A stretch of DNA of 64,000 nt, from assembly GCA_965203555.1 (NCBI GenBank), contig CBDBCY010000002.1:32001-96000 (forward strand). The letters are read 5' to 3'. The stretch comes from Acidimicrobiia bacterium. Lineage in GTDB: Bacteria; Actinomycetota; Acidimicrobiia; Spongiisociales; ZC4RG35. Positions 46,295 to 59,162 of the stretch are shown in pieces. The notes under the pieces are model-generated. The model did not search any database. It was given only the letters and a program-made list of their open reading frames with translations, and was not told where the DNA came from. Position 1 is the first letter of the stretch. Each line of letters begins with the position of its first letter. A program made the translations under genes and the position numbers.

Positions 46295-47575
46295 ATGATC
46301 GATATGCGTCCCCTCTCGGAGGTGGATCCCCGCGCTGCCGTTTTGATCCGGCGTGACGTGGAGCGCCAGAACAGCCATATTCATCTGATCGCATCCGAGA
46401 ACTTCGCCTCCCCGGCGGTCATGGCCGCCTCCGGCTCGATCTTCACCAACAAATACGCGGAGGGATACCCCGGACGCCGTTACTACGAGGGTTGCCAGGT
46501 GGTGGACGAGATCGAAACGCTGGCTATAGAGCGAGCCAAGGAGTTGTTCGGCGCCGAGGCCGCCAACGTTCAGCCCCATTCAGGCGCCCAGGCCAACATG
46601 AGCGTCTACTTCTCCCTTTTGAAACCGGGAGACAGGGTGTTGGGGATGAGGCTCGATCAGGGTGGGCACCTTACCCACGGGTCGCCGGCCAATTTCTCGG
46701 GTCTGTACTACGACTTCGTTGCCTACGGAGTCGATCCGGACACCGAACAGATCGACATGGATCAGGTGAGGTCCCTGGCTCACCGGCACCGTCCCCGGAT
46801 ACTGCTGGCGGGATACTCCGCCTATTCCCGGCACCTCGACTACCAGGGATTCCGGGAGATCGCCGACGAGGTGGGCGCCATTTTCATGGTCGACGCCGCC
46901 CACTTCATCGGGCTGGTGGCCGGCAGGGCCTATCCCAATCCGGTTCCCCACGCCGATATCGTCACCGGCACCACCCACAAGGCCCTCCGCGGTCCCCGCG
47001 GCGGCTTGGCTCTGGCCAGGGACGAGTATTCCGGTGCGATCAACAAGGCGGTGTTTCCCAATGCCCAGGGCGGGCCGCTCATCAATCAGGTAGCGGCCAA
47101 GGCGGTGTGTTTTCTGGAGGCCTCCACGCCCCAATTCCACTCCTACGTCACCCAGATCATCCGCAACGCCTCCGCCATGGCCACCGCGGTGCAGGAAGCC
47201 GGCGCCCGGGTGGTGTCGGGAGGCACGGACAATCATCTGTTCCTGATCGACCTCAGATCGGTTGATCCCGATCTGACCGGTCGGGCCGCGGCCCGCCTGC
47301 TGGACGGGTTGGGAATAACCCTCAACTTCAACACCATTCCCTTCGATCCGCGCCCTCCCTACCGGGCCTCGGGTCTGCGGATCGGGACTCCTGCCATGAC
47401 CTCGCAGGGCATGACCGAGGCGGAGGCTGCCCGGGTGGGTTCCCTCATAGTGAAGGCCCTCCAGGAACGCCGCCAAGATGGGGTGTTACAGGACATATCG
47501 GGCCAGGTTTCGGAGTTGGCTTCCTCCTTCCCGCCCTATCCGTCCGGTTTTCGAGGATACGGCGAATCCGTATAA
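46295..47575 (+). CDS. glyA: Serine hydroxymethyltransferase
   Basis: LIASENF, NKYAEGYPGRRYY, GGHLTHG, TTHKALRGPRGG. Confidence 0.96.
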   Translation: MIDMRPLSEVDPRAAVLIRRDVERQNSHIHLIASENFASPAVMAASGSIFTNKYAEGYPGRRYYEGCQVVDEIETLAIERAKELFGAEAANVQPHSGAQANMSVYFSLLKPGDRVLGMRLDQGGHLTHGSPANFSGLYYDFVAYGVDPDTEQIDMDQVRSLAHRHRPRILLAGYSAYSRHLDYQGFREIADEVGAIFMVDAAHFIGLVAGRAYPNPVPHADIVTGTTHKALRGPRGGLALARDEYSGAINKAVFPNAQGGPLINQVAAKAVCFLEASTPQFHSYVTQIIRNASAMATAVQEAGARVVSGGTDNHLFLIDLRSVDPDLTGRAAARLLDGLGITLNFNTIPFDPRPPYRASGLRIGTPAMTSQGMTEAEAARVGSLIVKALQERRQDGVLQDISGQVSELASSFPPYPSGFRGYGESV

Positions 47576-47610
47576 CCTTTGGCTTTGGTACTCGTAGCGC
47601 AGGAGAGATC

Positions 47611-47978
47611 TTGGACGTAGAGGCAATAATCGGGCGCCGCCTGGCGGGGCGAGCGCTCCTGATAGCGCCCCTGGCAGGGGTGGTTTCGTGGGCGCTGTGG
47701 ACCGGTGCGGCCGGGGTTTGGGCAGTAGTCGGCGCCCTTGCGGCGGCCGGTTCGTTCGCAGCCACCGGCTGGGTGCTTTCCCTGGCGGCTCGCCGTTCCT
47801 TCTTTACCCTGGGTGCGGTGGCTTTCGGCGGTTTCGTGATCCGGTTGGCGATGATCACCCTGCTGGTTTGGGCGGCCGTAGCCGTCTGGGAGGCCCACCT
47901 GTACGGGATGTTCCTGGGGGTGGGAGCGTCCTGGTTGGGATCCCTCACCATCGAGGCTCGTAGACAGGTGGCCACCGG

Positions 47979-47982
<4 letters not shown>
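47611..47982 (+). CDS. ATP synthase protein I-like membrane protein
   Basis: Hydrophobic ORF with about four TM segments, overlapping the atpB start. Confidence 0.7.
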
Positions 47983-49012
<1,030 letters not shown>

Positions 49013-49014
49013 GA

Positions 49015-49563
49015 ATGTCGCCGGATCTCCTCATACTGGCCGCCTCGGAAGAAAAATCGGGCCTGTTCCTGATTCTTCCCGACCCGGCCGAACTGGTTTG
49101 GGGAGCGGTGAGCTTTGTGGTGATCGTCTTCCTGATCTGGAAGTTCGCCATGCCGGCTCTCGACCGCACGCTGGAGGCTCGCCGTTCGGCGGTGGTCTCC
49201 CAGTTGGAAGAGGCCGAGCAGGCCAAGGGAGCGGCGGAACGGTTGCGCGAAACCCGCCAACGTGAACTGGACGAAGCCGCCCGGGAAGCGGACCGGATCT
49301 TGGAATCGGCCCGGTCGGACGCCGACAGCCTTCGCCAGGAGGCGATCGACCGCGCTGCCGCCGAAGCCGCCCAGATAACCGAGCGGGCTCGCGCCGAGGC
49401 GGCGAACGAGCATGCCCGGGTCCGTGAAGAGGCCCGCCGGGAAATAACCGTCCTCTCTTTGGACATCGCCGAAAAGGTGGTGGGGTCCCAGATCGACTCT
49501 TCCGCCCACCAGATGCTGGTGGATGATTACATCCGGGAACTGGAGAGAGAAACGGCAGAATGA
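49015..49563 (+). CDS. atpF: ATP synthase Fo subunit b
   Basis: N-terminal TM plus coiled coil, AEKVVG; operon position. Confidence 0.92.
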   Translation: MSPDLLILAASEEKSGLFLILPDPAELVWGAVSFVVIVFLIWKFAMPALDRTLEARRSAVVSQLEEAEQAKGAAERLRETRQRELDEAAREADRILESARSDADSLRQEAIDRAAAEAAQITERARAEAANEHARVREEARREITVLSLDIAEKVVGSQIDSSAHQMLVDDYIRELERETAE

Positions 49564-50093
49564 GCGAAGTCACCGACGGCTACGCTGACGCTCTGTTCGG
49601 GCTGGCTTCGGCGGAGTCGCAACTCGAACGGGTGGAGAGCGAGCTGTACTCGTTGGCTCGGGCGGTGGAGGGCTCTGCGAAGTTGACCGATGCCCTGTCC
49701 GATCCGCACCTGCCCTCCGATCGACTGCAAAACCTGATGTCGGAAATCCTGGCTGATCAGGCCGCCCCGGTAACCCGGGAGGCGGTCAGCCTTCTGATCC
49801 GCATGAACCGGCTTTCGGATCTGGTGGCGATCGCCGATCGGCTGGCCGAGAAGGCGGCGCTTTCCCGGGGCCGCAAGATTGCCGAGGTGCGGTCCGCCGT
49901 TGCGTTGTCGCCGGACACCGTCGCCCGGCTGGAGGATGTTCTCTCCAAGGTGGTGGGGCATCCGGTGGAGGCCAGAGTGGTGGTCGACGCCGAAGTACTG
50001 GGCGGGTTGGTGGCCCGGGTGGGGGATCTGGTGGTGGACGGGACCGTCCGCTCGCGGATGAACCAGGTGCGCGCCCTGCTGGCCGATGTTTGA
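49560..50093 (+). CDS. atpH: ATP synthase F1 delta
   Basis: YADALF...VRSAVAL...VLGGLVARVGDLVVDG. Confidence 0.92.
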   Translation: MSEVTDGYADALFGLASAESQLERVESELYSLARAVEGSAKLTDALSDPHLPSDRLQNLMSEILADQAAPVTREAVSLLIRMNRLSDLVAIADRLAEKAALSRGRKIAEVRSAVALSPDTVARLEDVLSKVVGHPVEARVVVDAEVLGGLVARVGDLVVDGTVRSRMNQVRALLADV

Positions 50094-50109
50094 ATCTAAG
50101 GAGTAGCCA

Positions 50110-51627
50110 ATGGCCCAGATGACAATCACCGCCCACGACATAACCGAGGCGCTCCGAAAGTCCCTGGAAGACTGGAGGCCCTCCATCTCGCGGGAGACGG
50201 TGGGTTACGTGTCTTCCATCGCTGACGGAGTTGCCAAGGTCAAGGGCCTTCCCCAGGCCATGTCCTCGGAACTCCTAGAATTCGATGCAGGACTGCTCGG
50301 AGTGGTGCTCGACCTGGACGAGGACTCGATCGGTGTGGTCATGATGGGAGAATCAAACCATGTGGAGGAGGGAGACCCGGTCCGCCAGACCAGCCGGGTG
50401 CTGGAGATCGGGGTGGGAGACGAACTCCTGGGCAGGGTGATCGATCCTTTGGGCAATCCGATCGACGGCAAGGGCCCGATCAACACCACTGCCCGTCGTC
50501 GCCTGGAGGTCCAGGCGCCCACCGTGGTGGAGCGCCAGCCGGTCCACGAGCCGCTGCAGACCGGCATCAAGGCGATAGACGCCATGACCCCGGTGGGGCG
50601 AGGACAGCGGGAGTTGATAATCGGTGACCGCCAGACCGGAAAGACGGCGGTGGTGGTGGACACGATCATCAATCAGCGGGAGGCGGGAGTCAAGTGCGTG
50701 TACGTTGCGGTAGGTCAGAAGGCCTCCACCGTGGCCGAGGTGGTCGCCTCCCTCGAAGAGCACGGCGCCATGGAGTACACGGTGGTGGTGAACGCCTCCG
50801 CTGCCGCGCCCCCGGCGCTGCAGATGTATGCGCCTTATGCGGGGTCGGCCATCGGTCAGTACTGGATGTACAACGGCGAACATGCACTGGTCATCTTCGA
50901 CGATCTCTCCAAGCAGGCGGTGGCCTACAGGGAGATTGCGCTGCTGTTGCGCCGTCCTCCCGGCAGGGAAGCCTATCCGGGAGACGTGTTCTACCTGCAC
51001 AGCCGGTTGCTGGAGCGGTGTGCGAAGCTCTCCGACGAACTGGGAGGAGGTTCCATGACGGGACTTCCCATCGTGGAGACGAAAGCCGGAGATGTCTCGG
51101 CTTTTATTCCCACCAACGTGATCTCCATCACCGACGGACAGATCTACCTGGAGACCGACCTCTTCTATTCGGGAGTCCGTCCCGCCATCAATGCGGGAAT
51201 CTCGGTTTCCAGGGTGGGTGGCGCCGCCCAGTTGAGCGCCATGAAGAAAGTGGCCGGACCTATCCGGATCAACCTGGCCCAGTACCGGGAACTGGAGGCG
51301 TTCGCCCAGTTCGGTTCGGAACTGGATGCAGTTTCGCAATCGCAGTTGGAGAGGGGCGCCAGGGTGGTCGAGGTTCTCAAGCAGCCGCAGTTCCGTCCTG
51401 CTGCCGTGGAGGAGCAGGTCGTTTCCCTCTACGCGGTGACCAATGGATACATGGACGACGTTGCGGTATCGCAGATCCAGCGGTTCGAGAGAGAACTGAA
51501 CGCTCACATGCGCCGCCGTCACGGGCACCTGTTGCGTGGTATCGTCGAAACCGGGAAGCTCCCGGACCTCACGGCCCTGGACGCCGCTTTGAGGGAGTTC
51601 GCCGACAGCTTCCGTTCGGGAGACTGA
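50110..51627 (+). CDS. atpA: ATP synthase F1 alpha
   Basis: [32 protein letters not shown]. Confidence 0.97.
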   Translation: MAQMTITAHDITEALRKSLEDWRPSISRETVGYVSSIADGVAKVKGLPQAMSSELLEFDAGLLGVVLDLDEDSIGVVMMGESNHVEEGDPVRQTSRVLEIGVGDELLGRVIDPLGNPIDGKGPINTTARRRLEVQAPTVVERQPVHEPLQTGIKAIDAMTPVGRGQRELIIGDRQTGKTAVVVDTIINQREAGVKCVYVAVGQKASTVAEVVASLEEHGAMEYTVVVNASAAAPPALQMYAPYAGSAIGQYWMYNGEHALVIFDDLSKQAVAYREIALLLRRPPGREAYPGDVFYLHSRLLERCAKLSDELGGGSMTGLPIVETKAGDVSAFIPTNVISITDGQIYLETDLFYSGVRPAINAGISVSRVGGAAQLSAMKKVAGPIRINLAQYRELEAFAQFGSELDAVSQSQLERGARVVEVLKQPQFRPAAVEEQVVSLYAVTNGYMDDVAVSQIQRFERELNAHMRRRHGHLLRGIVETGKLPDLTALDAALREFADSFRSGD

Positions 51628-51637
51628 GAGTCCGCCT

Positions 51638-53975
<2,338 letters not shown>

Positions 53976-53978
53976 CTC

Positions 53979-54308
53979 ATGGCCCGTCCCTTCAGTGTCG
54001 ACGTGGTGTCGCCGGAGGGGACGCTCTGGTCCGGCGACGCCCAGTTCCTGGTGGCTCGCACCACCGAGGGCGAGATCGGGATCCTGGCAGGTCACGAGCC
54101 GTTGATGGCCGCATTGACGGCCGGAGCGGTGCTGATCGACCATGACGACGACCAGCGAACCACCATCGCCGTTCACGGCGGGTTCATGCAGGTGGTGGAG
54201 AACCGCGTCACCCTGCTGACCGACCGCGCCCGGATCACCGCCGGCGACCGGGCCGAGGCCATCGAGGAGGCGCGCCGACTGGCCGAAGGCGAGTCACCGG
54301 ACTTCTAA
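53979..54308 (+). CDS. atpC: ATP synthase F1 epsilon
   Basis: VVSPE...GEIGILAGHEP...GGFMQV. Confidence 0.93.
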   Translation: MARPFSVDVVSPEGTLWSGDAQFLVARTTEGEIGILAGHEPLMAALTAGAVLIDHDDDQRTTIAVHGGFMQVVENRVTLLTDRARITAGDRAEAIEEARRLAEGESPDF

Positions 54309-54581
54309 CAGAGCCGGTTCCCAGGCGCCGAGTGCCTTCAGGTGGCCTTCGGGAGACATCGAAGCGTGAATGCTCCGGTCCGGCGGCAAGCGCCGGAACC
54401 AAGTGCGGAGGCGCCTGCGGCTCGGGTCCTTACCTGTTCGATGCTCCCTGAGGCTGCGCGTATTTGTGGGGAGCAGGGTTAGGGAGGGGGTCCTTGGTTA
54501 GGGGTCGAGGCTTCGCTGAAATAGGGTGGTGAAAACAAAGGGACTTAGATACATGGGTAGACAGACCCCGACTGTCCTTTT

Positions 54582-54603
54582 TGTCACACCTCCCTCGTAA
54601 CCT
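54582..54603 (+). promoter_or_regulatory. Putative PafBC/RecA-NDp-like leaderless promoter of tnpB
   Basis: TGTCAC-N10-TAACCT, 7 nt before ATG 54611. Confidence 0.5.
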
Positions 54604-54610
54604 TTCCTGT

Positions 54611-55918
54611 ATGCCCCGGATGACGCAGACCTTCCGCTTTCCGGCCAAGTGCTCGCCGTCTGCGCACCGTCGGCTGACGGAGATATTCGGCATGTGCTCA
54701 GAGCTCTACAACGCGGTCCTGGAGTCCTGGAAGGGCACCTACGCGTGGTGGAGAGAGCACAATCTGGAGACGCAGAAGTTCCCCAAAGAGCTCAACCAAT
54801 CCCTCTATGACCGGATGAAGATGTTCACCGATGTGCGCCGGGACCACCCCGAGTGGGGGCACCTCTCTGTCAAGGTCGGCCGGGGTGTTCTGTGCCGCTT
54901 CGACCGCACCGTCCAGGCCTTCTACAAACGCTGTGCGGAGGGGAAGAAGCCGGGGTACCCGAGGTTCAAGTCCCGCCGCCGCTGGCGCACCATCGAGGTA
55001 CCTGACGCCTCCCCGTCCATGATTATCCAGCCGAGGAGTCCCAGGAACCAGAGCGCTGTGTGGTGGCGTCTCCAGGTGAAGGGCGTTCCCCGCCTAAGGT
55101 TCCGGGACAAAGGCGACCGCCTGGCAACGGCTCTGGCAGCGGGGGCCAAACTGGCGGAGTTGCGGGTGGTTCGCACGCCCCTCCGCACGGAGATCCACGC
55201 GGTGGTGAGGCACCCTCCATGCGAGATACCCGTGAAAGAGCCCGCCAACCCGGCGGGGATCGACAGGGGGTTGAAGGTGCGCCTGGCTCTCTCGGATGGA
55301 ACCTTCATCCCTGCCCGTGAGCCCGACAGGACGGCCATCAAGCGGTCCCAGAGGAGGCTCTCCCGAGCGCAGAAGGGATCCAATGCCCGAAGGAAGAAAG
55401 CCCTCGCCCTGGCCAAGGCGCACCGCAGGGAGAAGGAACGGGCCGTCCAGGCCGACTTCCGCCTCGCCCACCACCTGGTGATCACCTACGACGGGATCGC
55501 CGTGGAGCGCCTGAACGTGGCGGCGATGCTCAGGGCCAAGAGATTCTCAAGAAAATTGTCCGACCAGCGGTGGTCGGCCCTCGACTCCATACTGGGATAC
55601 AAAGCCTGGAAAGCTGGTATCCCCTATGAGAGGGTCGACCCGAGTTACACATCCACCGACTGCTCTATCTGTGGCCATCGCCAGGCCATGCCCCTGCACC
55701 TCAGGGTGTTCTCCTGCGAGAGGTGCGGGCTGGAGTTGGACAGGGATGTGAACGCCGCACGAAACACAGGCGCCCGGGGCTTCCCGGGGTCGGGAGGGAC
55801 TTTTCCCGATGCGATGCGCAGAACAAGTCTCCGTCGTAAGACGCCCGCCCCCTCCGGGCGGCGCGGCGCAAGCGGACATCGCAGAACAGTATCCCCCGGG
55901 TCGACTCTGTCTACCTAG
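54611..55918 (+). CDS. tnpB: RNA-guided endonuclease TnpB
   Basis: LYNAVLE, GYPRFK, RuvC-I GIDRG, RuvC-II IAVERL, TSTDCSICG...CERCG zinc ribbon, RuvC-III DRDVNAARN. Confidence 0.93.
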   Translation: MPRMTQTFRFPAKCSPSAHRRLTEIFGMCSELYNAVLESWKGTYAWWREHNLETQKFPKELNQSLYDRMKMFTDVRRDHPEWGHLSVKVGRGVLCRFDRTVQAFYKRCAEGKKPGYPRFKSRRRWRTIEVPDASPSMIIQPRSPRNQSAVWWRLQVKGVPRLRFRDKGDRLATALAAGAKLAELRVVRTPLRTEIHAVVRHPPCEIPVKEPANPAGIDRGLKVRLALSDGTFIPAREPDRTAIKRSQRRLSRAQKGSNARRKKALALAKAHRREKERAVQADFRLAHHLVITYDGIAVERLNVAAMLRAKRFSRKLSDQRWSALDSILGYKAWKAGIPYERVDPSYTSTDCSICGHRQAMPLHLRVFSCERCGLELDRDVNAARNTGARGFPGSGGTFPDAMRRTSLRRKTPAPSGRRGASGHRRTVSPGSTLST

Positions 55919-55931
55919 GTATATAAGTCCC
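55790..55931 (+). ncRNA. Putative TnpB omega-RNA scaffold overlapping the tnpB 3' end
   Basis: Expected position. Stems TCGGGA/TCCCGA (55790-55809) and TGCGATG/CATCGCA (55810-55883), the latter enclosing GTCT/AGAC and CGCCCG/CGGGCG hairpins. Boundaries uncertain. Confidence 0.5.
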
Positions 55932-56391
55932 AAAACAAACGCCTATCCAGGAGGCCTCAATGCTCCCTGAGTCGGCTTTGCCCGGCGACACGATTCTGGT
56001 GGGTTGTGAAAAAACACCGCCCGCTTGGGATGGACATTGTCCCACCCCCGACGCATACTGTTCTCAGCCAAGTCGAATAAAGCGGTCCGGGTTCCCGAGC
56101 TCGCCCGGGATCGGAAGATAGCCAGATCCGTCCGGTCCTCACCGAGGCGCGGATCAAGCGAACCTGCAATGGTAAGGAGGAGGCGGGGGAGGGCACACGG
56201 TGGGGGGTTCGTAGGGTTCCACCAGTTTTCATAGTGTTGCTGTATGCTCAGCTAGTGCCGCATTTAGGGCCCATTTGGCGTTTCTCGAAGTTTCATTTGG
56301 ACCCGTGTAATCCCGCCCAAGAAATCATCACCAAAAGTCCAACGAGGACGAGCAGCCCTCCACCCAACCAAAACCGCGACGCACCACTAGG

Positions 56392-58467
56392 ATGATGCCG
56401 GTGCCTGGTCGGATCACTTACGGAGAACATACGGTGCCTGACTGTCTATTCCCGCTCGGGCGGAGGGGTGATCGACCGAAAGCGGGTGGCCGGCTGATCG
56501 GGTCCGTGGTCGCGGTGGTAATGGTATTGCTGGCGTCCGGTCTGCCCGCGGCGGCCCAGGTGGGTGGCTATCCCGATGTTGAGGGAGGGGTTCATGCCAG
56601 GTCGATCGCTGCCCTGGCTTCTGATGGTCGGGGCATCCTTGCCGGCACCGACTGTGACGGGGGTTTGTTCTGTCCTGACGATCCGCTGCTGAGATGGGTG
56701 ATGGCCGTGTGGCTGGTGCGAGCCGTTGACGGGGCGGACCCTGATCCGTCCGGGGTGTCGAGCTTCACCGATGTGAGTCCCGTTCGATGGTGGGCGCCTT
56801 ACACGAACCGGCTGGCCGATCTCGAAGTAACGAGAGGGTGCTCTGAGGACCCTCCGCGTTACTGCCCGGACCAGTCGGTGACCCGCGCTCAGATGGCAAG
56901 TTTCTTGGCCCGGGCGTTCGAGTTGCCCGGCGGGGCGCCCGGTCGGTTCTCCGACACTGCCAACAACCCACACGCGGAGAACATCGACAAGCTCGCCGCG
57001 GCAGGGATCACCGCCGGATGCGGTCAGGGGCGCTACTGTCCCGACCGGCCGGTGACCCGGGCCCAGATGGCGACGTTCCTGGCTCGTGCTCTGAAGCTCG
57101 TTCCGCTTCCCGGTGCCACGTCGCTGGCCGACGGCTACCGCCTTGCCTACTCCACGGCAGACCCCGACTACGTGGACAGCTATGGATTTGGGAACCAGAT
57201 ATGGATGGCCGGGCTGCAAGGCGGCAGGGAAGCCATAGGATCGTACAGCGGTCATGGCGGTGCTCATCCGATATTCTCACCGGACGGCAGGTGGGTCGCC
57301 TACGGGGCAAGGGACAAGGCCTATGTCATGGGCACGGATGGCCAAAACGTTCGCGAGGTCCGTTCCCGGGGCCGATGGTCCTTCAATTTCCGGTGGTCGC
57401 CCGACTCGAGATACCTGGTGTACAACACTGCTGGAGGTGCCGGAGGTTCGAACTGGATCGAGAGAAGTGATGGGCAGGACAAACGGTCCATCGGTCTTCT
57501 CTGGCGGTTCTCTCCCGATGGGAGGCTCGCTCTCTACAGTGTCTTCGATGAGGTCGACGGAGAACGGGTTTATGTCCATACTGTTGTCGAGGACCTTGAG
57601 AGTGGTGGCCAGGTCACGATCGATGTTGATGAATCCAATGCCCGATACGTGGAGTTCACGCCGGATGGCCGGAGGGTGTCCTGGATAGCGGAGAACCCCA
57701 ACGGTGTTCACCAGGATCTCTGGATAATGGACATCGACGGTAGCAACAGGGTCAAGTTACTGACGGCAGGCTTGGGTAACCTTCCAGGCTCGGCCAAGCT
57801 ACGCTGGTCGCCCGACGGTAGCCGATTCGCCTACGTTAAGGGTTATGGTATCGGAACCCAGTTCATCGTGGCGGACGCCGCCAACGGTGAGACGATCATG
57901 AACCTAGGTATCAGCAAGTGCAACTACCTTGACTGGGCACCGGATAGCGCACATCTGGTTTCTGACAACCGTGAAGGGTTCGTGTTCAACACGCTCACCG
58001 GGGACACGATAAGGCAGCGGGATCTCTACACGGGAGACCCGAGATACGGTCGGATTCTGAATGTCCGATGGTCGCCGGACAATCAGTCCTTTGCCTACAT
58101 TCTGGAAGAAGAAGACCCCAACAGTCCCGTCCTACCCTCCGATATCTTTGAAGAAGTATCCGACATTTCCAGAGAGTTATGGACCGATCCATATTTCCCC
58201 GTTTCTACACAACTATGGATTGCGGACGCTGATGGAAAGAACAAGAGGAAACTGGTCGACAATGTAGGATACGACTTTCGTTGGTCACCCGACGGCAAAC
58301 GTATAGCCTACTCGACTCTGTCCCCCATCAGATTCGACGAAGCCGGACCCCTACCGCGCTCTGCATCCGCGCTATGGATCACGGATAGCGACGGCAGTAA
58401 CCAATGGAGTGTTGTTGCCCAACCTGAATACGGCCGAATCACCCTCTTAGGTTGGCTACCAAGCTGA
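56392..58467 (+). CDS. Secreted S-layer homology (SLH) domain protein with TolB/PD40-like beta-propeller
   Basis: Signal peptide ending ...LPAAAQ, three SLH-like units (FCPDD, YCPDQSVTRAQMASFL, YCPDRPVTRAQMATFL), eight (W/F)(S/T/A)PD(G/S/N) blades. True start may lie downstream. Confidence 0.85.
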   Translation: MMPVPGRITYGEHTVPDCLFPLGRRGDRPKAGGRLIGSVVAVVMVLLASGLPAAAQVGGYPDVEGGVHARSIAALASDGRGILAGTDCDGGLFCPDDPLLRWVMAVWLVRAVDGADPDPSGVSSFTDVSPVRWWAPYTNRLADLEVTRGCSEDPPRYCPDQSVTRAQMASFLARAFELPGGAPGRFSDTANNPHAENIDKLAAAGITAGCGQGRYCPDRPVTRAQMATFLARALKLVPLPGATSLADGYRLAYSTADPDYVDSYGFGNQIWMAGLQGGREAIGSYSGHGGAHPIFSPDGRWVAYGARDKAYVMGTDGQNVREVRSRGRWSFNFRWSPDSRYLVYNTAGGAGGSNWIERSDGQDKRSIGLLWRFSPDGRLALYSVFDEVDGERVYVHTVVEDLESGGQVTIDVDESNARYVEFTPDGRRVSWIAENPNGVHQDLWIMDIDGSNRVKLLTAGLGNLPGSAKLRWSPDGSRFAYVKGYGIGTQFIVADAANGETIMNLGISKCNYLDWAPDSAHLVSDNREGFVFNTLTGDTIRQRDLYTGDPRYGRILNVRWSPDNQSFAYILEEEDPNSPVLPSDIFEEVSDISRELWTDPYFPVSTQLWIADADGKNKRKLVDNVGYDFRWSPDGKRIAYSTLSPIRFDEAGPLPRSASALWITDSDGSNQWSVVAQPEYGRITLLGWLPS

Positions 58468-58761
58468 AGGAGCCACAGCAAACTACCACCGGCCTATCCG
58501 ACTCTCGTCCAAAGTCGAGGTTGACTCCTGCCGGGCGGAAAACGAGAGGCGCGATTGCCGGGTAGCGACCCCACAGCCTCGCTCTAACCTTAGTACCCGG
58601 CTAATACCATGCGGACAACCCCCAGCCTCAACCGGATCATCCTCGCCGAAAAGCACCGAGTCAGATAACGTGGGGTGCTCCAACTCCTGGTTTCGACAAG
58701 AACGGAGGGAGGTACATCGGGGTAATCCCAGCGGCCCCAACCTCGGCTCCCATGTAGTAGT

Positions 58762-59021
58762 TCACTGGACCTTATTGATTGTGTGACGGTACTTCTTCGG
58801 TACCATCGCCTTCCCGCGTTCACCTTCTTCTGTTACTTCGCCAGTGACCACGTTGATTCTCGTGCTGTTGTTTGAGGGTGGGTTCTTGTCTGGACAATGG
58901 CTTGCAATGATCGCGTAGGTCGAGTACCGGTAGACCAAGTCGAACCAGGAAAGGAACTGCCTGAGTTTTGTTCTGTCATCCACAACATCCGGTGTCCCAT
59001 GGAGCATCTGATACATGCGGC
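58762..59021 (-). pseudogene. 3' part of a hypothetical gene interrupted by IS21
   Basis: Removing the IS21 and one TSD copy restores the frame ...FEHTAG|RMYQMLHG...NKVQ*. Confidence 0.55.
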
Positions 59022-59162
59022 TGTTGGCGATCACTGAAAGTTCCCAGTCTCGATCACTGAAAGTTCCCACCTCCTGGGGGTAAATGCCCGTTGTTGGGTA
59101 GGGCTCTCTCCAAGCTAAGGGATTGTCACATTTCCTAGCTGTGGAGAGGAGCCCTGCCCTTT

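Larger units (their letters stand above)
54540..55931 (+). mobile_element. 1392-bp TnpB-only element with 26-bp TIRs and 8-bp TSD (non-autonomous, DDE-type ends)
   Basis: Left end GGGACTTAGATACATGGGTAGACAGA (54540-54565) versus reverse complement of right end GGGACTTATATACCTAGGTAGACAGA (55906-55931), 23/26 match. AAAACAAA directly flanks both ends (54532-54539, 55932-55939). Confidence 0.88.

Noticed and set aside
54309-56390. IS200/IS605 or IS607 tnpA next to tnpB
   Set aside because: No HUH/Y1 or serine recombinase ORF on either side; the ends are TIRs.
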